The notes beneath the pieces are model-generated. The model made no database searches, was not told where the DNA came from, and worked only from the letters and a program-made list of their open reading frames with translations. DNA of 61,824 nucleotides from Candidatus Omnitrophota bacterium. GTDB taxonomy: Bacteria > Omnitrophota > Gorgyraeia > 2-01-FULL-45-10. Made by a program: the position numbers and the translations under genes. Numbering within the stretch: the stretch's first letter is position 1; each line of letters starts with the position of its first letter. The stretch lies in assembly GCA_041650805.1 (NCBI GenBank), contig JBAZKM010000012.1, forward strand, positions 1 to 61,824, given 5' to 3'. Positions 1-9,794 of the stretch are shown one piece after another.

Positions 1-670
1 TACCGTCAATGTCGCCTGAGGCCATAGATTCGGGGGTGGCGGAGCTGAGTAATGCCCAGGTGCCAGTGCCGTACCTGGCCCATATACCGTAATCGGTGCC
101 GAAGTCGATAACTATATCTACGAGGTTATCGCCGTCGAGGTCTCCCGTTACGATAGACCCCGGGTCCACATCGCTCACCCTGGTCCATAGGCCGTTATCA
201 CCGAGTATCCATATGCCGTAATCAGGCCCGAAGTCGATCACTATATCGTCCTTGCCGTTACCGTCAATGTCGCCCGAGGCCATCGCCTCCGGGGTAGCGG
301 AGCTAAGTAGCGCCCATGTGCCTGTACCGTACCTGGCCCATATGCCGTAATCAGCGCCGAAGTCGATAACTATATCTCCGAGGTTATCGCCGTCCAGGTC
401 TCCCGTTACGATAGACCCGGGGTCCACATCGCTCACCCTGGTCCATAGGCCGCTATCGCCTAGTATCCATATGCCGTAATCAGACCCGAAATCGATCACT
501 ATATCGTCCTTACCGTTACCGTCAATGTCGCCTGAGGCCATCGCCTCCGGGGAGGCGGAGCTAAGTAGCGCCCATGTGCCTGTACCGTACCTGGCCCATA
601 TGCCGTAATCGGTGCCGAAATCTATTACTATATCGCCGAGGTTATCGCCGTCGAGGTTTGCGATAAGGAT
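1..670 (-). repeat. Tandem 129-bp (43-aa) repeat tail, alternating A/B units with 258-bp period, at least 5 units
   Basis: Recurring atcccatatgccgtaatc/gccgaagtcgat blocks. Translation alternates DFGxDYGIWARYGTGTWALLSSA and DFGxDYGIWILGDxGLWTRVSDVDP units. Confidence 0.9.
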
Positions 671-2038
671 AGGATAAGGGGTATAATCATCAATAGCGAA
701 TTCATACGCTCCGATATCGTATCTGCTCCCTTGCGGCCGGGAGGTGCCTTCAAAATCCGTTGAGATATCCACCGTTCTGCCGCTATCTATAGCGGGCGAG
801 GTAGAAAGCAGACGAAAGTCATTGTCTGCGGGATTCAGGAATTGAGGGTCGGTGTTCCATATGTCATGAGGTGCGCGATCCGGGAAATCGGAATATATAT
901 CATAAAATAAATTGTTATCCTCCTCCACCGTACAAGTGGCGTCGGTGCCGATTGCGGTAACAGTGGAATAAAAGATATTATTATATATTCTGCCGCTGCT
1001 TTCTTCCCTTATGCCGACACCGATACCTTCCGGGTGGCCGTTCACAACGGTCTCTATGTTGAAAAACACATTATTGGCGACAAGCACATCTTTTACGTTT
1101 TTCATCACGCATATTCCCCATGAAACACCGTCCTTGAATATATTGTTTTTGATGACGATGTTGTTTACATAGCCCGTACCTTCGCCCTCGTCCATGATCA
1201 TTGCCCCTTGATTGAAAAAACCCTCAATTATATTTCCTTCTATTGTTACATTGCTTGCGTACTCTCCGTTTCTCGTAAAGGTTTGAAACCCGTCTACATG
1301 GGAGGCGCCCACTTCAGATAGGACGGCACCGTGAAAGTGATTCGATGAAATGATTATATTATTTCCAAAAAACCTGGAATAATCGCAATCAAGAAAATGC
1401 CAGCCCCCCGCAGGATCCATAGTTGACCACTCATAGAGCCGTTCCACTTCGTTGTGTTCCACCACCCAATTATCGCCCTGCACATGGATCCCGGCCTGGC
1501 AGCGGTATATCTTATTGCCGGCTATATAGCAATTATTAAACCACGGCTTTCCCCAATATCCGCCGATCGCGGCATTACCTTTAATCTCGTAAATATAATT
1601 ATCCACAACTTCCACATTGTGGCTGCGTATAAGGATCCCGGGGCCTTCGATATTCCCCGGGTTTGAGTTGGTGATATTAAAACCCTCGATGCGCAGATAA
1701 TTACAAAAGAGGGTGTAAAAACCCTGGATGGTCACGCTTCTTCTCGGCTCGGCTCTAAAAATTATCTTATTTTCCGCGTTTCCTGAGTGGCCTTGTGTAA
1801 ATGATATCCTTTCGTTATAATCGCCGGGATTTACTATAACGATATCTCCTGCTACCACGGTATTGGCTGCTTTCTGGATGGTTAACCAGGGAAGGGCTGC
1901 TGTCCCCGGATTGCTGTCGCTCGCAGAAGGGTCGGTATTATTAACATGGTACGTCACAGCTTCCGCCCATCCGGCAAATAACGCCAGGGCGCATAATACT
2001 GCAAAACCGTTAACAAATTTTACAAGTGTACGTTTCAT
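1..2038 (-). CDS. Secreted right-handed beta-helix (pectin-lyase-fold) protein with C-terminal 43-aa FG-GAP/VCBS-like repeats; partial, 3' end runs off the window
   Basis: Not in the ORF track (no stop in window). Manual translation from ATG 2038 (GAGG upstream): MKRTLVKFVNGFAVLCALALFAGWAEA|VTYHVNNTDPSASDSNPGTAALPWLTIQKAAN (signal peptide plus DUF1565-like start), Asn/Ile-rich beta-helix repeats, DPQF...SPAID...RPQG..YDIGAYE (choice-of-anchor-Q-like), then ILIANLDGDNLGDIVIDFGTDYGIW repeats to the edge. Confidence 0.9.
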   Translation of the reverse strand, partial: MKRTLVKFVNGFAVLCALALFAGWAEAVTYHVNNTDPSASDSNPGTAALPWLTIQKAANTVVAGDIVIVNPGDYNERISFTQGHSGNAENKIIFRAEPRRSVTIQGFYTLFCNYLRIEGFNITNSNPGNIEGPGILIRSHNVEVVDNYIYEIKGNAAIGGYWGKPWFNNCYIAGNKIYRCQAGIHVQGDNWVVEHNEVERLYEWSTMDPAGGWHFLDCDYSRFFGNNIIISSNHFHGAVLSEVGASHVDGFQTFTRNGEYASNVTIEGNIIEGFFNQGAMIMDEGEGTGYVNNIVIKNNIFKDGVSWGICVMKNVKDVLVANNVFFNIETVVNGHPEGIGVGIREESSGRIYNNIFYSTVTAIGTDATCTVEEDNNLFYDIYSDFPDRAPHDIWNTDPQFLNPADNDFRLLSTSPAIDSGRTVDISTDFEGTSRPQGSRYDIGAYEFAIDDYTPYPILIANLDGDNLGDIVIDFGTDYGIWARYGTGTWALLSSASPEAMASGDIDGNGKDDIVIDFGSDYGIWILGDSGLWTRVSDVDPGSIVTGDLDGDNLGDIVIDFGADYGIWARYGTGTWALLSSATPEAMASGDIDGNGKDDIVIDFGPDYGIWILGDNGLWTRVSDVDPGSIVTGDLDGDNLVDIVIDFGTDYGIWARYGTGTWALLSSATPESMASGDIDG

Positions 2039-2046
2039 AAATTGCC

Positions 2047-2175
2047 TCAACCCTGTTGTGCGGCAAGGTCATGCGGATGGAACTCCAGTACCCCGTATCC
2101 CGCCGAAATTGATGATAAGCTTATCTCCGCCATCTCATCGAGGCCGTTTTCGTCTATATCTTGAGCGGCTATAGA
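2047..2175 (-). pseudogene. Decayed relic of one extra 43-aa tail repeat immediately after the stop codon of the large GH9 gene
   Basis: In frame after TAA: SIAAQDIDENGLDEM...GYGV...HDL, matching the repeat (SP-E-SIATGDIDGNGKDDM); LIINFG appears in a shifted frame. Confidence 0.6.
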
Positions 2176-5100
2176 TTAGGGACTTAAGTCATGGAGCCGC
2201 TCCCAATCACCATTACCGTACTTAAGCCAGATACCGTTCTCTGTGCCGAAGTCGATGACCAGGTCGTCTTTGCCGTCTCCGTCAAGGTCCCCGGCGGCCA
2301 TCAAGTCGGGGCTTACGCCGCTCACCAGGTCCCACGTGCCGTCATCGTGCCTGGCCCATATGCCGTGATTCGGGCCGAAGTCGATGATGATCTCGGCCTT
2401 CGAGTCGCCGTCTATGTCGCCCGAGGCCAGGCATTCCGGGTCTACGACGCTTATAAGGTCCCACGTGCCGTCATCATGCCTGACCCATATGCCGTAATTC
2501 GGGCCGAAGTCGATGATGATCTCGGCCTTCGAGTCGCCGTCTATGTCGCCCGAGGCCAGGCATTCCGGGTCTACGACGCTTATAAGGTCCCACGTGCCGT
2601 CATCATGCCTGACCCATATGCCGTGATTCGGGCCGAAGTCGATGATGACCTCTGCTTTCGAGTCGCCGTCTATGTCGCCCGAGGCCAGGCATTCCGGGTC
2701 TACGACGCTTATAAGGTCCCACGTGCCGTCATCATGCCGTACCCATATACCATATTCCTGGCCGAAGTCGATGACTATCTCATCCTTGCCGTTACCGTTC
2801 ACGTCCCCGGCGACCATCGATTCGGAGCTTATATCGCTTATCATCTCCCATGTGCCGTCCCCGTGCTTAACCCATATGCCGTGGTCCTGGCCGAAGTCGA
2901 TCGCTATGTCATCAAAGTCATCGTCATCGAACCTTCCCGTGGTGATAGCTTCTGAATCGAGGCTGTTGAGCTCCTCCCAGGAGGCATTATTCATGTAGAG
3001 CCATATGCCGCAGGAGGGGCCGAAGTCGATGACCAGGTCGTCTATGCCGTTTGCGTCCGTGTCGGCCCCGGTCATAATCTCGGGGCTCATTATACTGAGT
3101 CCGGCCCAGGTGCCGTCATCGTACCTTATCCATGTGCCGTACTCTGAGCCAAAGTCTATCGCCATGGAATTTTTGCCAGCGGCATTTAAGCGGCCGATGA
3201 AGAGAGGGAGGGGGTATGCGGAAGATACGGTGTCGACATATTCATATGCGCCTATATCGAACCCGGCACCATGCGGCCTTGTGTTACTATCCAGATCGTC
3301 CGTGATCTCGCTCAGCGCAATGCCGGCGTCGATGAGAGGCGAGGTGGATTGCAGGTGCAGGTCCCACGGATCCCTGTCGCCGGAGGGTATGAGAACGAAT
3401 TTCGGGTCCGTATTTTTATCGTTTACGGCAGATGCGCCTCTCGTGCCTTTTATCCGGAAATAGGCATTATATCCTACATCCATGACCGGCTGAGAGCCGT
3501 CCACCGTCAGATAATAATGGTTGGTCAGGTTCCAATTACCGTAGATGATATTATTCTTTACTTTTATCGTGCCGGAACAGCCGTTGATCTCTATTCCGTG
3601 AGGAGTGCGGGTATTATCCCAAACTACGGGCGATGTGCCGGGTATGAGCGTGTTATGCTCGATGGTCGCGTTCTTAACGGTTATCAGATTGATCGGCTGG
3701 ATGACCTGGATCACGTTATTCGTGATGGTCACATTCTGTACGGTGCCGGGCGCATCTATATATATCCCCTGTGTGCACATCTCTGTATTGCCGGATGGCC
3801 CCGGGTCCAGTAAAATTATGCGGTTTTTGTCAAATGTGAGATTGGATCCCGTCTCACAAAGCTGGATGCCGTCTATGTGCGGCGCGCCCGCGATATTGCT
3901 GTTCCCCGGGTCGCTGAACCTTATGTCGTGGATGTAATTATCTTTGAATATATGGCCGATGCCTTCCACCTTGATCCCGTCCGCATCCGACCCGTCCACT
4001 GTACTGATGATGGGCCATAGAGGGTTCTGCACGACCCCGCTTATATCGTTCTTCTCTACCCTGTTATTCCGTCCCTTTACCAGGATCCCGCAGTATGTTC
4101 CCGCGCGCACGATACGGTTATTCGTGATCTTATTGTTGCTGAGATTATTGGACGCGCTTCCGGACCAGGTGTCTAACTGGATGCCGGGCCACACGGTATC
4201 ATGGATATAGTTGTTAAGGGCCTCGCAGGATTGCGCGTCAAATAGCGTTATGCCGGAACCGTTGAGCTCATCATCCGCCGCCGGGTTGGTTATTTCGAAC
4301 CCGTCTATAACGATATATGAGATCACGCCGGAGGATCTCTTGACGGTAAAACCTCCGTTCACCACTGCGCCGGGACCCGCTGCCCTGAAGACGGTGGGGG
4401 AGGCCGCGGATAGGCCGGATTTATTTACAGCCACCCTTTCCGTGTAGGTGCCGGCAGAGACCAGACAGGTACTGCCCGCAGGCATGGCAGTGGCGGCCTT
4501 CTGTATCGTCTTCCACGGAGTCCCTTCCGAGAGGCCGTCGTTGGCATCGTTGCCTGAATTGGCGTCGACATAGTGGACCTTTTCGCCGATCACTGTGATC
4601 GAAACGGTAGCGGTGTTGGAATCGTCAAGGCCGTCATTTGCCTTAAAGGTGAACGAATCGGTGCCGCTATAGTCAACTGCCGGAGTATAGGTGATATCAG
4701 GAGGTGTGCCGGTCAATGACCCGTGCCCCGGGTCCGAGACTATCGTATAGACAAGCGGGTCGTTATCGTCATCGGCGGCCCCTAAAGCGACCGCCTTTGC
4801 CGTATTTCTAGCAGTCGAGACCGATCGGTCGGATGCAGAAGGGGCGCGGTTGATATTATTTACGGTGACTTCGATATCCTTGCTAACCGAACCTGTGCCG
4901 TCAGATACTTCTACGCGGATGATGTGAGTGCCGCTATCGGTGTATGTCGTAGTATAAGGTAGCATTGTCACCCAATCGCTATAGGTATAGGTCAGGGCAT
5001 CACCGTCTATATCGGTGGCTTTCTCGAGCTCTGCGCACGTGATCGTATCGGCCTCATTCTTCACAAGGGTCGACGGGATACCGCTTAGATCGGGGAGACC

Positions 5101-8100
5101 GTTCATTGCAGATATCGTGACCGATACAGTTGCTATATTCGAATCGTCCGCGCCGTCATTTGCCTTATAGGTAAAGGTATCGCTCCCTTCGTAGCCGGTG
5201 TCCGGTATATATGTAAGGTCAGGCGCCGTGCCTGATAACGACCCATGCCGGGGATCGGCAACTATGATATAGGAGAGAGTATCTCCATCGGCATCGGAGG
5301 CGGAGAGGATGAGCGGCCTCGGTTCGTTCCCGGTCATGGTGAGCGATAGGGAATAGGCGACCGGGGGCGCGTTCTCCATGCCTACCGCGAGCGATATCAC
5401 CGCGACGTTTGAATCAGTATATCCGTCATGCACCTTGAAAGAAAATGAGTCGGTGCCGGAGTAGTCGGTATCCGGGGTATAGATGAGTTCGGGCGCTATC
5501 CCGCTCAGCGTGCCGTGCGAAGGCCCTGACGTGATGGTATAGGTGAGCGGGGCGACCTCTTCATCGCTGGCGTTGAGCGTAACGGGAACGGCCGTATCCT
5601 TTGTCGTCTTTATAGTATCGGGCTGTGCTACGGGCGGTTCGTTCGGCGCCGTGTCGCCTCTCAGGATATTAAAGACCGCGGCGGTGGCCGTCTGGCTGCC
5701 GATGCCGAATTCATTGTATCCCACCTGCGTGTTCTCATCGGCCCAGCGTCTGAAGACCGGATACGGCTCACCGACCTGCTCGATCGACGGATAGTTGTTC
5801 CTGTCGCTCTGCGCCTCGGCATACCAGGCGTTTGAGAATGTTGCGTGGGCATAGGCGCCGAAGACGTGGATGCCCGGTATAGGATCATCGACGTTATCAA
5901 ATCTCGATTGATTATGCAGGGGGTCTTTCGGGTATACGGTGCCGACCCCGGAGATGAATGATGTTGATAAGGGATTTGCGCCGAGCACGATATCCGCATT
6001 GATGCAGGCCGCGTCGTAAAATCGTTGATCGCCCGAGACGAACCAACCGAGAAGGAGTATATATGACTCGCAGGTATTCTGGCCGAGCGTTCCCCACCCT
6101 ACCCATTCCGGGACGTCATGGCGGGCGCTTACGCGATAGACGCTCGCCTCCGTCTTCTTCCTCAGATCCTCAGAATTCTTTATGAACGTATTCCTGATAC
6201 TTGTGCGGGTCGACTCGTTGACATCCGGCCACGTAGAGCGCAGGTATGCCCATTGCCCTTCCTTTCCGGAATGCTGGAAATCGTTCCATCCCCATCCGCT
6301 GACGAGCGTACTGGTGTTGTAAAGGGTTTCGTAGTATTCGCGGTACTCCGTTTTTCCGGTGGTGCGGTAGAGTTCAGCCGCGAGCCACGCACGGTTATCG
6401 ATATCCTCGGGATCGGGATACGGTCCGGAATGGTGACCGGCCGGTACCTGGTATCCCCCGACCGGCACCTGGGTCGGATGCTGTTTCAGGAACTCCCAGG
6501 CAAGTTCGGCGCGGCGCAGATACTCCAGCGATAGCGCCTTGTCGAACCGTTTCCAGACACGTGCGGCATTGGCGTAGATCGCCCCGGCTAGTGCCGTATC
6601 TCCGGTCGTTTTCGCCATGATGTAGCGGACAGGGTATCCGCCGATGTCCGACGCCTCCGGCGTGCCTGCCTCCCAGGTTTGCGCAACGACTTTATTATAG
6701 ACGCCGCCGTCAGGTGCCTGCATTTTTACTAAGAAGTCGATCTCCCATTTTGCCTCATCGAGGATATCGGGGATGCCATTGCCGCTCTCCGGGATATTCC
6801 AGTCTTCCTTGAACTTATTCGGCGCGATCTCGTAAGCGGTTAGGAGCCGCCATACAGGAGCGCAGGCGGACGTCACGTACTTTCCGTAGTCGCCGGCATC
6901 GAACCAGCCGCCTGTCATATCTACCATGCTGGCTGCGGGCACGGCGGCGCGGTCTTTGATGATGAGCGGGCAGACGGTCTCGCCGTTATAGAGCGGCGAG
7001 TCGAGCAGGGATTCATGGAATGCGGCGTCGATCGAGGCATCGTGGTCCATCGTCCGGACGAATCTCGGATCCGAATATGGTGTCTCGAGCGGCTGACCGC
7101 TCCGGTCATAGTAAAATACGCGCGAAGTGTGGTATGCGGTCTTATTAAGCGCGGCGGGCCCTATCGTGAAGGGATAGCTGTAACCGTATCCCTTCAGGTA
7201 TGCCCTGTAGGTGCCGCTCGCGGTGATGTCGCTGAAGTCGAACGTATATACATCTTCTCCGGAGAGGAAGTAGTTGGCCGCCTGCAGCACAAGCGGGATG
7301 CGCCTGACCGTATGGCCCGTCCCGGCATCGCGGATCTCGATCTCCGGCGTGACCTTCGGCAGGCGCATCTCGCCGAATGGGACCGCCGTGACGGCGAGGA
7401 TCGTCGCGTCATCGAGTGACTGCGTACCTATGCCTTTATCGGTTACGGAGACCATCGCGCCGTTCGTGCCGGCCGCCCACCACTGCCGGTTCTCAAGGAA
7501 CGCGACAGAGTGGAGTGTTTCGGTTGTACCGCTCGATTCTACCTTATATGTCAGGCCGTCGCGGTTTATGGATAAGAGCGTTCCGTTATCCCCTGCGGCG
7601 TAGGTATTTGCAGGCGGACGGTTAGGGTTGATAGCCAAACCGCGGAGCGTCACATCTACCATGCCGGAAGATGCGGCGATCTTAAGCCCCCATTGATCTA
7701 CGATGATCGTCCCGCGGGCCCCGACGATCGTCTGTACGCCGAAACCCTTCCGGCCTGCGACCGCATAGAGATCTTCGGTAGTGATGGTCTTTGAACTTTT
7801 CCATGTCGTGCCGTCATACCTGATGATGGTGCCGCTGTTCCCGACGGCGACCCCGTCATTGTCACTCCCGAACCAGACGGAGCGCAGGGTGACGGAGACG
7901 GGGCTTGTTACGTTTTCCCATGCGCCATCGCGGTATCGTATTATCGTGCCGTTGGCACCGACCGCCCATCCGGAGTTCGTCATACTGAAAGATATGCCGT
8001 ACAGGTCCTGGCCTGTCGGAGAGGCTACCTGGCTCCAGGCCGTACCGTCATAGTGGACTATCGTCCCGCCGTCACCGACAGCCCAGATATCATCCTCGCG

Positions 8101-9783
8101 CGTAGCGGCGACTGCGCGAAGCGTCGTCGTGACAGGGCTTGCCATACGCTGCCACCCGAGCTCTTTGTCGTATGAGAAGATCAACCCTTCCTCTCCGACC
8201 GCCCAGGCGCCGCCCCCGAGGTCGCCAAAGTACCATCCGACGTATCCATGTTTCGGATGGCCGGGTATGTACCCCTCCTGGTTGATCTTGATGAACGGAA
8301 CAGTGCGGTCATCGGTGTAGGTGAAGTCGAACGACACCGGGACCAGGGCGTTGCCGGCAGTGTCATTTATGCCGTTCACGCTCAATGTGTAAAGGCCTCC
8401 CTCCTTTAGGGCATCGCGGAAGTATAGAAGGATATCGTACCTGTTCGTGGGATTGGTGATATCGGCGCCGGGCTCATGGCCGAGGTACCGGATATGCGCG
8501 CCTGTGTCGAGCGGAACGGCCCCGGCGGCGTACGCAGGGTCATCCGCGCTCGCGAGGAGATAATTCGACCTGATACGGGATGCAGAGAGATCATAGCGTC
8601 CGTCAGTGGTGATCCGGATGATATGCTCGGTCTCGACCGTAATACTTTCGATGTGCAGAGGCGTTGTGTCCCTTAACTGCATCTTATCGACATAGTAAGT
8701 CCTTTTTAACGGATCCAGATTAAAATATATCGTCTCGCCCCCGGCAAGGTCCCAGGTGTCCGTGACGAAGTCGGATAGAGGGATATGTACAAGCCGATAG
8801 GTGTTATCTATAACGCCGCCTTCTATATATTGTTTGATCGGAAGCGTGTTGCTATTCATGCCCGGCCATTTATTCAGACGAATGGTCGGGTCCCCGGGGT
8901 CTGCGGACGGCGACCTGAAGTAGAACTCCAGCGCATCATAAAGCATGAAATTAGAGCGGTATGCCGGGCTCTGCAGTTTGATCGCAGGGGAGTGCCAGTT
9001 GTCGGGCGTCAAGAGCAACCCGACGCTGCCGTCGAGCCCTTCCCCCGGGCTCTGTATGACGTATTGGCTGTTCGGCGTGGTATATGAGCCGGGTTCCCCG
9101 TCATATATGGGGAGGAAGCCCGGTTTCACCTTCAGCGCAACTCCCTCACGCCGGACCGTGACCGTCACCGTTCCCTCAATCGAATCCCCCTTACCGTCAT
9201 TCGCCGCATAGGTGAATGTATCCGTGCCGTTATAGTCAGCGGCAGGAGCGTATGTCAGACCCGGGGCGGACCCTGATACGGTACCATGCTGCGGACCGGA
9301 TGTGACCCGGTAGACGAGAGGGTCCCCGTCCGCATCGCTGCCGGTAAGAGTAACGGCCACAGCGATATCTTCATCCGTATAGACGGCAAGGTCCTGCACG
9401 ATCGGTACCCTGTTATTATCGGTTACCGTGATATTCACGCCTTTGGTATCGATCCCGCCGTTCCCATCATCCGCAGTGAGCGTTATCGTATATGTACCTG
9501 CCTGGGTATAGTCGGGAGTCCAGGTGAAGGTGTTGCCGCTGAACGTTGCCCCGGAAGGCAGGTCCGCTGCGCCATATGTGATGGTATCATTATCGGCATC
9601 AACGGCGCTTACATCAAAGGTAAGGGCGCTTCCTTCGGCGACGACCTTATCCGGGATCGGGTCGAATACGGGCGGGAGCGCGGACGCTGCCGGTATGGGG
9701 AAGAGGTACAGCGTTATGACGCATACGGCCGTCATTACGATATCGCGCAGGACCTTGTGTTGTATGGAACTATCGTTATTCAT
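2176..9783 (-). CDS. Giant secreted multidomain GH9 glycoside hydrolase: Ig/cadherin-like, Big_9, CBM-like, Ig, CelD_N-like Ig split by a beta-propeller, GH9 catalytic, Big_9 x3 plus cadherin-like, beta-helix, repeat tail
   Basis: GH9 motifs GGWFDAGDYGKY, PDILDEAKWEIDFL, LGANPLSTSFISGVG, PKDPLH, YNEF; INQEGY at the CelD_N start; signal peptide ending PAASA|LPP. Start moved from 9852 to ATG 9783 (AAGGA upstream; 9789 is an alternative) because the longer ORF overlaps the upstream gene. Confidence 0.9.
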   Translation of the reverse strand: MNNDSSIQHKVLRDIVMTAVCVITLYLFPIPAASALPPVFDPIPDKVVAEGSALTFDVSAVDADNDTITYGAADLPSGATFSGNTFTWTPDYTQAGTYTITLTADDGNGGIDTKGVNITVTDNNRVPIVQDLAVYTDEDIAVAVTLTGSDADGDPLVYRVTSGPQHGTVSGSAPGLTYAPAADYNGTDTFTYAANDGKGDSIEGTVTVTVRREGVALKVKPGFLPIYDGEPGSYTTPNSQYVIQSPGEGLDGSVGLLLTPDNWHSPAIKLQSPAYRSNFMLYDALEFYFRSPSADPGDPTIRLNKWPGMNSNTLPIKQYIEGGVIDNTYRLVHIPLSDFVTDTWDLAGGETIYFNLDPLKRTYYVDKMQLRDTTPLHIESITVETEHIIRITTDGRYDLSASRIRSNYLLASADDPAYAAGAVPLDTGAHIRYLGHEPGADITNPTNRYDILLYFRDALKEGGLYTLSVNGINDTAGNALVPVSFDFTYTDDRTVPFIKINQEGYIPGHPKHGYVGWYFGDLGGGAWAVGEEGLIFSYDKELGWQRMASPVTTTLRAVAATREDDIWAVGDGGTIVHYDGTAWSQVASPTGQDLYGISFSMTNSGWAVGANGTIIRYRDGAWENVTSPVSVTLRSVWFGSDNDGVAVGNSGTIIRYDGTTWKSSKTITTEDLYAVAGRKGFGVQTIVGARGTIIVDQWGLKIAASSGMVDVTLRGLAINPNRPPANTYAAGDNGTLLSINRDGLTYKVESSGTTETLHSVAFLENRQWWAAGTNGAMVSVTDKGIGTQSLDDATILAVTAVPFGEMRLPKVTPEIEIRDAGTGHTVRRIPLVLQAANYFLSGEDVYTFDFSDITASGTYRAYLKGYGYSYPFTIGPAALNKTAYHTSRVFYYDRSGQPLETPYSDPRFVRTMDHDASIDAAFHESLLDSPLYNGETVCPLIIKDRAAVPAASMVDMTGGWFDAGDYGKYVTSACAPVWRLLTAYEIAPNKFKEDWNIPESGNGIPDILDEAKWEIDFLVKMQAPDGGVYNKVVAQTWEAGTPEASDIGGYPVRYIMAKTTGDTALAGAIYANAARVWKRFDKALSLEYLRRAELAWEFLKQHPTQVPVGGYQVPAGHHSGPYPDPEDIDNRAWLAAELYRTTGKTEYREYYETLYNTSTLVSGWGWNDFQHSGKEGQWAYLRSTWPDVNESTRTSIRNTFIKNSEDLRKKTEASVYRVSARHDVPEWVGWGTLGQNTCESYILLLGWFVSGDQRFYDAACINADIVLGANPLSTSFISGVGTVYPKDPLHNQSRFDNVDDPIPGIHVFGAYAHATFSNAWYAEAQSDRNNYPSIEQVGEPYPVFRRWADENTQVGYNEFGIGSQTATAAVFNILRGDTAPNEPPVAQPDTIKTTKDTAVPVTLNASDEEVAPLTYTITSGPSHGTLSGIAPELIYTPDTDYSGTDSFSFKVHDGYTDSNVAVISLAVGMENAPPVAYSLSLTMTGNEPRPLILSASDADGDTLSYIIVADPRHGSLSGTAPDLTYIPDTGYEGSDTFTYKANDGADDSNIATVSVTISAMNGLPDLSGIPSTLVKNEADTITCAELEKATDIDGDALTYTYSDWVTMLPYTTTYTDSGTHIIRVEVSDGTGSVSKDIEVTVNNINRAPSASDRSVSTARNTAKAVALGAADDDNDPLVYTIVSDPGHGSLTGTPPDITYTPAVDYSGTDSFTFKANDGLDDSNTATVSITVIGEKVHYVDANSGNDANDGLSEGTPWKTIQKAATAMPAGSTCLVSAGTYTERVAVNKSGLSAASPTVFRAAGPGAVVNGGFTVKRSSGVISYIVIDGFEITNPAADDELNGSGITLFDAQSCEALNNYIHDTVWPGIQLDTWSGSASNNLSNNKITNNRIVRAGTYCGILVKGRNNRVEKNDISGVVQNPLWPIISTVDGSDADGIKVEGIGHIFKDNYIHDIRFSDPGNSNIAGAPHIDGIQLCETGSNLTFDKNRIILLDPGPSGNTEMCTQGIYIDAPGTVQNVTITNNVIQVIQPINLITVKNATIEHNTLIPGTSPVVWDNTRTPHGIEINGCSGTIKVKNNIIYGNWNLTNHYYLTVDGSQPVMDVGYNAYFRIKGTRGASAVNDKNTDPKFVLIPSGDRDPWDLHLQSTSPLIDAGIALSEITDDLDSNTRPHGAGFDIGAYEYVDTVSSAYPLPLFIGRLNAAGKNSMAIDFGSEYGTWIRYDDGTWAGLSIMSPEIMTGADTDANGIDDLVIDFGPSCGIWLYMNNASWEELNSLDSEAITTGRFDDDDFDDIAIDFGQDHGIWVKHGDGTWEMISDISSESMVAGDVNGNGKDEIVIDFGQEYGIWVRHDDGTWDLISVVDPECLASGDIDGDSKAEVIIDFGPNHGIWVRHDDGTWDLISVVDPECLASGDIDGDSKAEIIIDFGPNYGIWVRHDDGTWDLISVVDPECLASGDIDGDSKAEIIIDFGPNHGIWARHDDGTWDLVSGVSPDLMAAGDLDGDGKDDLVIDFGTENGIWLKYGNGDWERLHDLSP
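2179..3170 (-). repeat. Eight 43-aa (129-bp) DFG repeats, three of them near-identical tandem copies
   Basis: gccgaag block at 2374 and 2503 (period 129); the unit IIIDFGPNYGIWVRHDDGTWDLISVVDPECLASGDIDGDSKAE repeats. Confidence 0.92.
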
Positions 9784-9794
9784 CTTCATCCTTT

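Noticed and set aside
2176-2178. Stop-codon reassignment or programmed readthrough of TAA
   Set aside because: Other genes end normally at TAA, and the downstream relic contains frame shifts, so decay after a nonsense change is simpler.
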